Origin: Candidatus Micrarchaeota archaeon
Lineage (GTDB): Archaea > Micrarchaeota > Micrarchaeia > Anstonellales > Anstonellaceae
DNA length: 57,783 nt
Assembly: GCA_026414185.1 (NCBI GenBank)
Contig: JAOAJL010000004.1
Coordinates: forward strand, 15,966 to 73,748
Reading direction: 5' to 3'
Shown: positions 35,577-45,212 of the stretch, piece after piece
Position numbering within the stretch: position 1 is the stretch's first letter
Layout of the letters: every line of letters starts with the position of its first letter
Notes under the pieces: generated by a model
Database searches by the model: none
What the model saw: only the letters and a program-made list of their open reading frames with translations
Told to the model about the DNA's origin: nothing
Made by a program: the position numbers and the translations under genes

Positions 35577-36758
35577 ATGCGGGTGGCAATGCTGGGGTGG
35601 GAATTCCCGCCTTTTGTTTCAGGCGGGCTTGGTGTGCACTGCTTTGAGCTTACGCGCGCTCTTTGCGCAAGAGGGGTGGAGATAGACTTCTTCATGCCGG
35701 TTTCAGGAAAGGAAATCTCCTCCCCCATCCCAAACCTGAGGATAATAGAGGTGGCAAAGACCCAGCTTCGCCCCTATCTTTTCTTCTCAAAGTCTGGCCA
35801 GAGGGCAACCTATGGGCAGAACCTCATAAACGCTGTCAACGAATACTCCGCAAAGTGCGCAGAGACGGTCGCCGAATACGCAAGGCAGCGCCGCTACGAT
35901 CTTATCCACGCGCACGACTGGATGACTGCCAGAGCGGCTTCTGCGCTGAAAAAATCCCTCCTTCTTCCCCTTGTGCAGACATTCCACTCCACTGAGTTTG
36001 ACCGCACAAGCTGGCCGTGGGACTACATACTTGACATAGAGCGCGCAGCAGCGGCAAACGCAGACCTCATAATCGCGGTAAGCAGGCGCACCAAGGCGCA
36101 GGTGATGAGGCTCGGGGCTGACGAGCGCAAGATACGCGTTGTTTATAACGGCGTGGATATGAGAAGGTTTGCCTCAGCGCAGATTGACGGGCAGGCCGCC
36201 GATGATTTCAAGCGCAACCGCAGAGTAGTCCTTTTTTTGGGTAGGCTGACTGAGCAGAAGGGGCCCGTGCAGTTCCTTCACGCCGCAGCAAAGGTCCTCT
36301 CCAAGGACAAAAACGTGCTTTTCTTGGTGGCTGGCAAAGGCGAGCTTCTGCCCCTTCTCATCAACATGAGCCTGCAGCTTGGCATCTCTGAAAACGTCAG
36401 ATTCTTGGGCTATCTTTCAGAGGAGGACCAGCGCAGGATATACAAGCTTGCGGATGTCTATGTGATGCCATCAACCTCAGAGCCGTTTGGGATAACCGCC
36501 CTTGAGGCGATGAGCTGCGGCGTGCCAGTCATAATCAGCAAGACCTCCGGGGTGGCGGAGATAGCGAAATCCGCAATAAAGGTTGACTTTTGGGACATAA
36601 ACGCAATGGCGGCTAAGATACTTGCGGTGCTTTATCTGAAGCCTCTGGCAAAAACCATGGGAAAGATGGCATCGGGGGAGGCGGCTGGGCTGAGCTGGGA
36701 GAAAACTGCGGAAGAAACGCTCAAGGTATATAATGAGGCGCTTGCAGCAAGGGGATGA
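35577..36758 (+). CDS. Glycosyltransferase family 4, glycogen-synthase-like
   Basis: MLGWEFPPFVSGGLG, HAHDWMT, FLGRLTEQKG, PSTSEPFGITALEAM; next to GH57. Confidence 0.9.
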   Translation: MRVAMLGWEFPPFVSGGLGVHCFELTRALCARGVEIDFFMPVSGKEISSPIPNLRIIEVAKTQLRPYLFFSKSGQRATYGQNLINAVNEYSAKCAETVAEYARQRRYDLIHAHDWMTARAASALKKSLLLPLVQTFHSTEFDRTSWPWDYILDIERAAAANADLIIAVSRRTKAQVMRLGADERKIRVVYNGVDMRRFASAQIDGQAADDFKRNRRVVLFLGRLTEQKGPVQFLHAAAKVLSKDKNVLFLVAGKGELLPLLINMSLQLGISENVRFLGYLSEEDQRRIYKLADVYVMPSTSEPFGITALEAMSCGVPVIISKTSGVAEIAKSAIKVDFWDINAMAAKILAVLYLKPLAKTMGKMASGEAAGLSWEKTAEETLKVYNEALAARG

Positions 36759-36816
36759 GAAGTCCTCCTGGCGCAAGCGATATATAGCCGCAGCCGCATA
36801 ATCCTTCTTGGTCGTG

Positions 36817-38004
36817 ATGGAGATTTGCATTTATTTCCAGGTCCACCAGCCCATGCGGCTTGCGCCCTACTCCATATTCGGCGAAAGCGCCAGGGGAGGC
36901 GATGGCTACTTTGATGACGAGCTTAACAGCCAGATAATGCGCAAGGTGGCATCAAAGTGCTACATTCCCGCAAACTCGCTTATGCTCTCTCTTCTTGAAA
37001 AGCACCCAGAATTCCGCGTCTCTTACTCGCTGACCGGCGTTTTCTTGGAGCAGTGCAGGCAGTTTGCCCCGGAGGTGCTTGAAAGCTTCGCTGCGCTTGC
37101 GCGCACAGGCAGGGCGGAGTTCCTCTCGGAAACCTATTACCATTCCCTTGCCTACCTCTTTGCAGACAAGGACGAGTTCATAGCGCAGGTGGAGCTTCAC
37201 CAAAAGGCGATAGCCGAATTTGCGCAAACCTCGCCTGTCTTCCGCAACACAGAGGCGATGTTCTCAAACGACATTGCCTACCTTGTGGAGCGGCTGGGCT
37301 ACAGCGGGATACTTGCCGAGGGGCTTGAGCACATACTCGGCTGGCGCTCGCCGAACTACCTTTACGGCGTGCGCGGTTGCGAGAGGATAAAGGCTCTTTT
37401 GCGCCACTACAAGCTCTCCGACGACATCGGCTACCGCTTCTCCGCAAAATGGTGGAGCGAATACCCGCTGACTGCCGACAAGTATGCGCGCTGGCTTTCG
37501 CAGCTGCAAGGCGACTGCGTCAATATTTTCATGGACTATGAAACCTTCGGCGAGCACCACTGGGAGGACACGGGCATATTCAAGTTCCTGGAGGCGCTTC
37601 CTGCCGAGGTTGAGAAATATCCGCACCTGAGGTTCTCCACCCCCTCTGAACTTGTCCTTAAGTTCCCTGCCCGCGACGAGATAGACGTGCCGCAGGTGAT
37701 TTCATGGGCAGACATGGAGAGGGACACCTCCGCCTGGCTTGGCAATGACATGCAGAAAGATGCGTTTAGCCTTCTGGAATCCCTCGGCCCTGCGGTCAAG
37801 GAAACCAAGGATGCACAGCTTATCCGCACCTGGCGCATGCTTGGCAACTCGGACCACTTCTACTACATGTGCACAAAATCTCTTTCAGACCAGGACGTGC
37901 ACAACTACTTTTCTCCCTATGACTCCCCCTTTGACGCCTACATAAACTACATGAACATCCTGCGCGACTTTCAGGAAAAGCTGGCTGACGCCAAAAGGCG
38001 CTGA
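36817..38004 (+). CDS. Glycoside hydrolase family 57 (alpha-amylase)
   Basis: FQVHQP, LSETYYHS, FRNTE (nucleophile), FMDYETFGEH, SDHFYYM. Confidence 0.93.
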   Translation: MEICIYFQVHQPMRLAPYSIFGESARGGDGYFDDELNSQIMRKVASKCYIPANSLMLSLLEKHPEFRVSYSLTGVFLEQCRQFAPEVLESFAALARTGRAEFLSETYYHSLAYLFADKDEFIAQVELHQKAIAEFAQTSPVFRNTEAMFSNDIAYLVERLGYSGILAEGLEHILGWRSPNYLYGVRGCERIKALLRHYKLSDDIGYRFSAKWWSEYPLTADKYARWLSQLQGDCVNIFMDYETFGEHHWEDTGIFKFLEALPAEVEKYPHLRFSTPSELVLKFPARDEIDVPQVISWADMERDTSAWLGNDMQKDAFSLLESLGPAVKETKDAQLIRTWRMLGNSDHFYYMCTKSLSDQDVHNYFSPYDSPFDAYINYMNILRDFQEKLADAKRR

Positions 38005-38010
38005 ATAGAG

Positions 38011-38973
38011 CTAAAGGCGGTAGTAAGACTCAAGTCCGTCTTCCCTGCCGGCTGCGCTTCTCACGCTGAGCTTTGAGCCGCACAGGGTGAATGTCAGCTT
38101 AGGCGGCGTGGCGAATGGAATCTCATAGGTGAAGACAAGCTGGGAAGTGGGGCTTTTCATCTCCAAAAAAAGCGAAACCTCCTCCACCTTCGGCTTTATC
38201 TCATAACGCCCGTCCTGCGAGCCGAATGAGACCATCTCGGAGTCAAGCTTCCCAAAGTCAAGCCCGGCTGCGTAAAACATGCGCCAGATAAGCGGCTTTT
38301 GGTTTTCAGAAAGCTGCCTTCGCAGAAGCTCCGGGCGGATGCGAATGGAAATCTCCGCAAGCGTTATTATGGCGCCCCCTTGCACAAGCTGATATTCTAT
38401 GGGATGCGCGGAGGGCGATAGCGCCCCCAAGTCTTTGTCTTTGCGGTAGGTCTTGAAAAGGCAGTAGGTCCCTATGTCCTTGCCTTCAAAATACAGGATA
38501 TTCCGCTCTTCGTCGTGCTTTTCTAAGGAAAGCGTGCCTTCTGGCGGCAGGGTTTGGGCTATGAAATGCGAAACCGCGGCAACGGTTGAAAATTGCACGC
38601 CGTCAAGAAGCATCCTGCAGTAGAAACTTTTGTCCTGAAGCTGCTGGAAAAAATGCTCTGATTTGGCATTCTCAAGCCAGCTGTGCAGCTTCTGCGCCTC
38701 TGCGGCAAGGCGGAAAGCCTCTTCCTCCTTCTGCGTCTCCTCGCAGGCGAAAACGAGCTTTTTGAGCTTCTCCTGCGTTAGAAGAAGGGAGGCAAGAGCC
38801 TCCTTTTTTTCGCTGTCTTTCCTCTCCGTAAGCAGAAGCCCCTTTTCCCCAGCAAGCACAAACTGCCTTTTTGCCCCCTCAATGCCTTTTTTGAGGCGCG
38901 AAAATTCCTTAGTTGAGGCGTCAAGGATTCTCCTTGCGTGCCAAGCCGCCTCCTCAAGCTGCCTGCTTGCCAT
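38011..38973 (-). CDS. Hypothetical protein with N-terminal coiled coil
   Basis: 320-aa ORF filling the gap; heptad-rich N-terminal ~100 aa. Confidence 0.65.
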   Translation of the reverse strand: MASRQLEEAAWHARRILDASTKEFSRLKKGIEGAKRQFVLAGEKGLLLTERKDSEKKEALASLLLTQEKLKKLVFACEETQKEEEAFRLAAEAQKLHSWLENAKSEHFFQQLQDKSFYCRMLLDGVQFSTVAAVSHFIAQTLPPEGTLSLEKHDEERNILYFEGKDIGTYCLFKTYRKDKDLGALSPSAHPIEYQLVQGGAIITLAEISIRIRPELLRRQLSENQKPLIWRMFYAAGLDFGKLDSEMVSFGSQDGRYEIKPKVEEVSLFLEMKSPTSQLVFTYEIPFATPPKLTFTLCGSKLSVRSAAGREDGLESYYRL

Positions 38974-39095
38974 GGAGGTATTATGCCGCACTGCATTTTT
39001 AAACTTAGCTCTTTACCACTAAAAACCACAACTGGAAGTTTGGGTTGAGGCAAGCCCTGCATTAGATATATAATCCTCATTTCCATTTTTCGTTT

Positions 39096-41801
39096 ATGGC
39101 GTCTTTGGATGGAGGGGAAGTGCGCGGCATGGGCAGGCAGAAGATGCTTGCCACAGTCCAGATGCTCCGGACTGACGAGTCGCTTGGCGGCGCCATACTG
39201 GTTTTCCTTGGGACCCTCTCCCTGCTTCTGTCATTTCCCTTTTACCCCATTTACCTGTCCCCAATCCTGGCTGGGATTTGCGGGGCTGTCGCCTACCGCC
39301 AGCCGCCGCTTGGCACGATAATAGGGATGTTTTTTGCTTTTCCTGCTATTGCCTACCAGGCGCCTGTTCTTGCCTGGGTCTTCACCATCGTCCTTGCAAT
39401 CGCGCTGTTTGAAGCCTGGGAGCACTGGAGCACCATGTCTTTTCTGGAGCTTGCGGTGCTTGCCCCTTTCGCCCCCTTCCCATTCTCCTTCTTTTCGGGC
39501 TTTCTTTTTCTTGCCCTTGGAATTGCCGCGATGAAGTTTGGAAGCAAGCACTCCTTTGCGGTTTCCCTGCCAGCCATACTGGTTGTCCTTCTGCTTTCAA
39601 CCCTCTGGCTCTCTCCAAACTCATCATTCATAACGATAAGAAACGACTACAAGGGGGCATACGGGCCTGCGCTTGAAGAGCTCCAGAACAACAACAAGCC
39701 AGAAGTTGGGCTGGCTGAGCTTCCGATGGCATCGTCGGAGGCAGTCGGCTCCTTTTTTGACATCCAAAACGCCATGAAGGTGGCAGGGGCGCTCTCAAAG
39801 ATATGGGAGAACATTGCGAGGCTTCTTTTTTCTGACTACGCCCTTGTCCAGCTTGCGGTTTGGGCTGCCGCGCTTTTCCTTGTGGGCTTTCTGCCTGCTC
39901 GGATTGAGCATCCCTACAAGCAGACCATCTCTTCCGCTTCCCTCTTTCTTGTCCCAATCGTGAATTCCTTTGCCGCGCCTGCCTTCAACAACCCCTTTGA
40001 CCCGGCATCATTTGTCTATTGCGCCCTCTCGGTAGCCGCAATCGGCATCCTTGAATCGCAGGGGGTGAAGCTGTCCGGCGAGCGGCAGGCGATAAGGCGC
40101 GAAAAGCAAAAGTCATTCGGGAAATTCGGGGTGCAGGACTTGGGCGACTCTGAGGGAGTGGATTCGCTTTCCGATGTCGGCGGTTATGAGGATGTGAAAA
40201 ACGAGCTTCGCGAGGCGATTGTGGCGCCTTTGCAAAAGCGCGAGCTTGCCTACACCTACGGGATAAAGCCGCCAACAGGCATCCTGCTTTTTGGTCCGCC
40301 AGGCACGGGAAAGACCATGCTTATGAAGGCGCTTGCCAAGGAGCTTAACATCGGCTTTTACTACGTCAAGTGCTCGGATTTGCTCTCTGAGTGGTACGGG
40401 GAGAGCGAAAAGAATGTCGCGGAGGTCTTTGCAATCGCGCGCAAGAACGCCCCCTGCGTGCTGTTCTTTGACGAGATAGACTCTATCGGCAAGAAGCGCG
40501 ACGCCTACACCACGGATGATGTCGCGCCACGCATCATGAGCGTGATTCTGGAGGAGCTTGACGGATTTAAGGAGAAGAAAAAAACCGTGATAACGATAGG
40601 CGCCACCAACGCCCCGGACCAGCTGGACCCAGCCCTTATGCGCCCGGGCAGGATGGACAAGATAATATACATGCCGCTGCCTGACTTTGAGGCAAGAAAG
40701 GCGATATTCAAGGTCCATCTCTCCAAGCTGCCAACCGAAAAGGACATTGACTTTGGCAAGCTCGCCTCCATGACCGAGCGCTACTCAGGGGCGGATATAA
40801 AAAACATCTGCACGGAGGCAAGCCGCTTGGCTGCGCGCGATGCGCTGAAGGCAGACGTTGTCGTGCCGGTTTCCATGCGGCACATAATCAGCGTGATAAG
40901 GAAGATGAAGCCCTCGGTTTCCATTGACCAGCTTGAAACCTACAACAAGTTCAGAATGGACTACGAGCGAAGAAGCGAGGCAGAGGAGAAAAAGCCGGAT
41001 GAAAAAGGGGTGCGCTGGGAGGACGTGGCTGGCTTGGACGAGGTGCGGAAGGTGCTTCTTGAGGCAATTGAAATCCCACTTCTCCATGAGGATTTGATGG
41101 CTGAGATGGATGTGAAGCCCTCAAAAGGGCTGCTGCTTTTCGGACCGCCTGGGTGCGGAAAGACGATGATTGTGAAGGCGGCGGCAAATGAGCTTAACGC
41201 AAACTTCCTAACAATAACCGGCTCCGAGCTTATGCGCGGCCGCGAGCGGGACCCGCGGGCGTATGTGAAGGAGGTTTTCAACAGGGCTCGCGAGTCCGCC
41301 CCTGCCCTTGTCTTCATTGACGAGGTTGAGGCGCTTGCTCCCAACCGCGATGAATACCGCGGCGGCATATTGACCGAGCTTTTGCAGGAGCTTGACGGGG
41401 TAAAGGAGCTGAAAAATGTGATGATAATAGGGGCGACAAACAAGCCATCTGCGCTTGACCCAGCCATACTGCGCCCGGGGCGGTTTGACAAGATAATATA
41501 TATCCCGCCGCCTGACGAGCCTGCAAGAAGGCAGATATTCACCACGAACCTGGCAAAGTTCCTCAAGAACGTGGATGTGGACAGGCTTGCCAAGGCAACC
41601 GAGGGCTACTCAGGTGCGGACATCGCCTCAATCTGCCAGGAGGTTAAGATGCAGCTTGTCCGCGACAGGCTCAAAGGAGCCCCCTCCACCCTAACGACCG
41701 AGGCGGTGCTTCGGGTTATTTCCTCCCGGCGCCCCTCAATAACCCAGCGCGACTTGCGCGAGTATTTTGCATTCATGCAGGAGTATGGGGAGAGAAAGTA
41801 G
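39096..41801 (+). CDS. Tandem AAA+ ATPase (CDC48/p97-like D1-D2) fused to an N-terminal polytopic membrane domain, 901 aa
   Basis: About 9-10 hydrophobic helices in the first ~325 aa; GPPGTGKT / FFDEID / ALMRPGRMD and GPPGCGKT / FIDEVE / AILRPGRFD. Confidence 0.92.
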   Translation: MASLDGGEVRGMGRQKMLATVQMLRTDESLGGAILVFLGTLSLLLSFPFYPIYLSPILAGICGAVAYRQPPLGTIIGMFFAFPAIAYQAPVLAWVFTIVLAIALFEAWEHWSTMSFLELAVLAPFAPFPFSFFSGFLFLALGIAAMKFGSKHSFAVSLPAILVVLLLSTLWLSPNSSFITIRNDYKGAYGPALEELQNNNKPEVGLAELPMASSEAVGSFFDIQNAMKVAGALSKIWENIARLLFSDYALVQLAVWAAALFLVGFLPARIEHPYKQTISSASLFLVPIVNSFAAPAFNNPFDPASFVYCALSVAAIGILESQGVKLSGERQAIRREKQKSFGKFGVQDLGDSEGVDSLSDVGGYEDVKNELREAIVAPLQKRELAYTYGIKPPTGILLFGPPGTGKTMLMKALAKELNIGFYYVKCSDLLSEWYGESEKNVAEVFAIARKNAPCVLFFDEIDSIGKKRDAYTTDDVAPRIMSVILEELDGFKEKKKTVITIGATNAPDQLDPALMRPGRMDKIIYMPLPDFEARKAIFKVHLSKLPTEKDIDFGKLASMTERYSGADIKNICTEASRLAARDALKADVVVPVSMRHIISVIRKMKPSVSIDQLETYNKFRMDYERRSEAEEKKPDEKGVRWEDVAGLDEVRKVLLEAIEIPLLHEDLMAEMDVKPSKGLLLFGPPGCGKTMIVKAAANELNANFLTITGSELMRGRERDPRAYVKEVFNRARESAPALVFIDEVEALAPNRDEYRGGILTELLQELDGVKELKNVMIIGATNKPSALDPAILRPGRFDKIIYIPPPDEPARRQIFTTNLAKFLKNVDVDRLAKATEGYSGADIASICQEVKMQLVRDRLKGAPSTLTTEAVLRVISSRRPSITQRDLREYFAFMQEYGERK

Positions 41802-41937
41802 GCGCATCTGCCGCCACATGCCCATTTCAATTATCAAGAAGCGCAAGAGATTTTATGCAACAAAAGAGCAATACGCCAACATGCAGAATGGGGTTGCCCA
41901 TGCTTCAAAACCTATTTAGCCTCAAATTGCGACTAAA

Positions 41938-42035
41938 ATTCGTCAAAACCTGTGATTTTGTAAAGCGAATTGACGAATATATATGTTTTTTTTATAAACA
42001 AATCTTTTAAAGATTAGAGAAAGCTTTTAAATATA
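41938..42035 (+). promoter_or_regulatory. S-layer gene promoter region: BRE-TATA plus two palindromes
   Basis: GAGAAAGCTTTTAAATA at 42017-42033; AATCTTT-T-AAAGATT at 42001-42015; ATTCGTCAA...TTGACGAAT at 41938-41946 and 41970-41978. Confidence 0.6.
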
Positions 42036-42195
42036 CTTCAAGACAGCCTATCCGTCTCCTATGAGAGGCGCGTGGCGAAGCGCCAAGAGGGGAAAGAAAG
42101 GACATGGAATGAAAGGAAAGAATAAAGGGCAAAAAATGAATGTCGTCGCTAAGATTTTTTGCCATGCCCTAAAAGACGACATTTGAGGTGAATAA

Positions 42196-45030
42196 ATGAA
42201 AGGGATAAACGTGAGGAAAATCGCGGCCATTGCTGGCGCGGGAATCCTCGCCTTTGGCGCCATCGCGGCGGCTGACGTGGTTTACGGCAGCACGCAGCTG
42301 GTGGACCAGAACGGACAGCCAACGGTGAAGATTTACGTGGGCAGCAAGGCGGCAGTTTCCGACGGTGTTGCTGCAGCCAACATCGCCGCGAAAATTGCCA
42401 ACGAGGCGTACAAGAGCTCAACGCTCACAGCCTCGCTCAGCGGGACTCCGACCTGCACAGTAGGCGCAGGCGTGAGTGGCACCGGAACCTGCTCCATTAT
42501 TGAGAGCAGCAAGAAGGTGACCCTTGAAGTGACGCTCCCGGGAACGATTGCGGGAACGCACACCTTCAAGACGCTGATAACAGACACGATAGACAGAATG
42601 CTGCAGAACCGCGTCTCCACGACTCCTGACGACGTGTACAATGAGAGCATGTCAGTGTCTGACACGACCGGCACGAGGCCCTCGCCACTGCGTGGAACCG
42701 GAGCGACAAACGCCCAAAAGCAGCTTCTTTACAAGATTGGCTCCGGTGAGTTCTCCGCATTTGCGGACTACTCTGTGGTGGATACGCAGGCAGCTGGCAC
42801 CTCCTACACCGAGGAGCAGAGCTTCTGGGTAGGAAGCACCTACTCCCCGCAAGGAGTAAGGTATGACTCCATAGAAAAGGATGTCACCGTAAACAAGTAC
42901 TCTGCCCTGGTATACAGCTTGAGGTTCCTTGGCAACGACTTTGGAATACCGGTCTGCACAGGCGACCTGAACTCCTCTGCGTCCGATGACTGGACTTCAT
43001 GCGGCTCTGAGTCCAACTCAATGACGGAGAAGCACCGCGTGAAGATAAAGTTCATGGGAAGCGAGTGGATAATCTCCGAGATGAGAGACCCCAACGTCGC
43101 AAACCCCAGCCTGACTGCGGTTGTGAACGGAGGGCAGATTAAGCTTGCCAAGGAGTCCAAGTACGGCATCATCAATGTCGGGCAGGTCCTTGATGCGGGA
43201 ACCTTCAAGATACGCCTGGCTGACATATCGGTTGCAGTGGGAGCGGAGAACAAGCACCCTGCAATCATAGACATCCTTGATGCCAACGAGGCGGTCGTGG
43301 GACAGATTCAGGTTGACCCCGGCACCACCTACACCTTCACGCAAAGCGGGACTGGCAACAGCGTGAAAATCCACGTGTACAAGACTGCGCCTGGATTCAC
43401 CCTGAATGCCAAGTGGGCTGAGATGGCTATCTACTCTGACGAGATAACCCTCAAGGACGGAAGCCGCTACAACCTTGTTTCCACAACCGACACTGACAAG
43501 GACTACAAGGTGTCGCTTCTGTGGAAGAACCGCGACTTCCCGGGAGGATCCAACCCCTCTGCCGCGTCCAACAAGACCGACTCGCTGCGCGAGATTGTCA
43601 TCTACAGGACGGACAACTTTGAGAAGGCAAAGGCTGGCGACTCTGTCGGCTTCCTAAAGAGCAAGCCCACCTTCAAGGTGACCTACCAGGGTCTTGACCT
43701 GACGGATGACGACTATGTGCCTCTGACGCTTGAGTCTCTTGGCCCAGACACCTACAGCGTTCAGATAAACGGAGGCGCTGCGGGTGAAACTGCGGCGTGC
43801 GCATCAGGCACATACGGCGAACGCGCAAACGCCCGCTGGATTAAAATCTACGCAGGCGGAAGCCAGCTTCTTGGAGGTGCAGGCAGCATCATAGCAGGCG
43901 GCTACATGCTGGACACCGTCTACTACGACCCGATTGGGCTTGTTCTCCTTAGTGGCACTGCTGGACAGGAGACCTGGACTGGTGGTTGGGGTAACGGCTC
44001 TGCCCTTACGCCATCCTATGCGGCTAACTGGACCAACTGGTCCATACGCTCGCCCAAGGTCTTCTGGAAGGTGCCTGGAAGGGACTGCTACAACTGGGCA
44101 AACGTGACAAGCTCCAGCGCCCTGACCAGCATGGTGAGGTTTGACACGGCAGGAGACAACTCCGCGGCGCAGGGTGCGCTGTTCTTCGTAGGAATGGGCA
44201 CGCCCAACCCGTACAACGTGACAAACTTCAGCATAGACGCAAGCACCTACACTGGTGCAATCGTGCTGCAGGAGGATGCAGGCAAGGTCAACACAGTGTC
44301 CAACAACCTTGTCTACACTGCCTGGCCGATTGTGACTGACGCCACGACAGTGGGCTCAGGCGCAATCAGGCTCCAGCCGACCTCGTCCACCACGCAGAGA
44401 GTCTACTACAAGGGGCTTTCTGTTGGTGAGTGGGCAACTGCACAGTCTGTTGACCTGAAGTTCGTCTCCGAGCGCGGCAGCCAGTTCACCGGCGTGTCTT
44501 CCACCTCGGCGTCTGCCAAGATTGCCAAGAAGGTCGGCCTGGCACAGTTCCAGTTCGCCCTTGCGGACACTGCGGCTGCGTCCACCGGCGAGGAGTATGT
44601 CCTCGGCGTTGGAGACACCAAGGTCTTCGGCGGAGTGACTGTGAAGGTGAAGGCGATTGATGCAACTGCGGGAAGCTGCTCGGTCCTCGGACCTGGCGGA
44701 ACTCCTGCCTGCACGGTCAACACCGGCTCAGTCAGCGCCGTGATCCAGCCCAACAATGCCGCAACCGTTGAGGTTTCCGAGCCCTACAAGCTCACCAGCA
44801 ACATGGTGATGCTTGACAGCGCAGGAGCCTCTGCCGGCGTGGCAATCCTCGTTGGAGGCCCAGAAGTCAACACCCTGACTGCCGATGCCCTCAAGGGCAG
44901 CGAGGTGGACTTCAACGTGGAGTCGGTTGTTGTCAAGGAGATTGGCAACAAGATAGTGGTGGCTGGAAAGACTGCCCAGGACACGATGACTGCTGCAGAG
45001 CAGTTCATTGCTGGCATCAAGAGGCAGTAA
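42196..45030 (+). CDS. S-layer protein (Methanococcales-type S_layer_N/C), 944 aa
   Basis: MKGINVRKIAAIAGAG signal; VGSKAAVSDGVAAANIA N-terminal motif; ILVGGPEVNTL and IVVAGKTAQDTMTAAEQF C-terminal motifs; several N-x-S/T sequons; RBS GAGGTGA; C-rich third codon positions. Confidence 0.9.
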   Translation: MKGINVRKIAAIAGAGILAFGAIAAADVVYGSTQLVDQNGQPTVKIYVGSKAAVSDGVAAANIAAKIANEAYKSSTLTASLSGTPTCTVGAGVSGTGTCSIIESSKKVTLEVTLPGTIAGTHTFKTLITDTIDRMLQNRVSTTPDDVYNESMSVSDTTGTRPSPLRGTGATNAQKQLLYKIGSGEFSAFADYSVVDTQAAGTSYTEEQSFWVGSTYSPQGVRYDSIEKDVTVNKYSALVYSLRFLGNDFGIPVCTGDLNSSASDDWTSCGSESNSMTEKHRVKIKFMGSEWIISEMRDPNVANPSLTAVVNGGQIKLAKESKYGIINVGQVLDAGTFKIRLADISVAVGAENKHPAIIDILDANEAVVGQIQVDPGTTYTFTQSGTGNSVKIHVYKTAPGFTLNAKWAEMAIYSDEITLKDGSRYNLVSTTDTDKDYKVSLLWKNRDFPGGSNPSAASNKTDSLREIVIYRTDNFEKAKAGDSVGFLKSKPTFKVTYQGLDLTDDDYVPLTLESLGPDTYSVQINGGAAGETAACASGTYGERANARWIKIYAGGSQLLGGAGSIIAGGYMLDTVYYDPIGLVLLSGTAGQETWTGGWGNGSALTPSYAANWTNWSIRSPKVFWKVPGRDCYNWANVTSSSALTSMVRFDTAGDNSAAQGALFFVGMGTPNPYNVTNFSIDASTYTGAIVLQEDAGKVNTVSNNLVYTAWPIVTDATTVGSGAIRLQPTSSTTQRVYYKGLSVGEWATAQSVDLKFVSERGSQFTGVSSTSASAKIAKKVGLAQFQFALADTAAASTGEEYVLGVGDTKVFGGVTVKVKAIDATAGSCSVLGPGGTPACTVNTGSVSAVIQPNNAATVEVSEPYKLTSNMVMLDSAGASAGVAILVGGPEVNTLTADALKGSEVDFNVESVVVKEIGNKIVVAGKTAQDTMTAAEQFIAGIKRQ

Positions 45031-45044
45031 AGGCGTCCGGCAAA

Positions 45045-45096
45045 TTCGGGGCGAAAGCCCCGAACCCCCTTTTTTTGTTTTTTTTTCTTGTTTTTT
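45045..45096 (+). terminator. Hairpin plus long T tract after the S-layer gene
   Basis: TTCGGGGC-GAAA-GCCCCGAA followed by CCCCTTTTTTTGTTTTTTTTTCTTGTTTTTT. Confidence 0.85.
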
Positions 45097-45212
45097 ACCG
45101 CCCGCAGACTTACAAAGGATAGGGGCTTTCCTTTACTTACACTATTATAAACTGTGGGTGGGAAAAAAGGATGTTTTCCGCAAAGGCGACCTTGCGGGAA
45201 AAGGTGGTGCTG

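Noticed and set aside
39096-41801. Inteins or selenocysteine/pyrrolysine readthrough in the ATPases and other conserved genes
   Set aside because: Motif spacing is normal; no C/S...HN insertions and no in-frame stops splitting recognisable domains
42048-42263. 71-aa minus-strand ORF upstream of the S-layer gene
   Set aside because: Antisense to the S-layer leader and signal peptide; composition reflects the purine-rich leader
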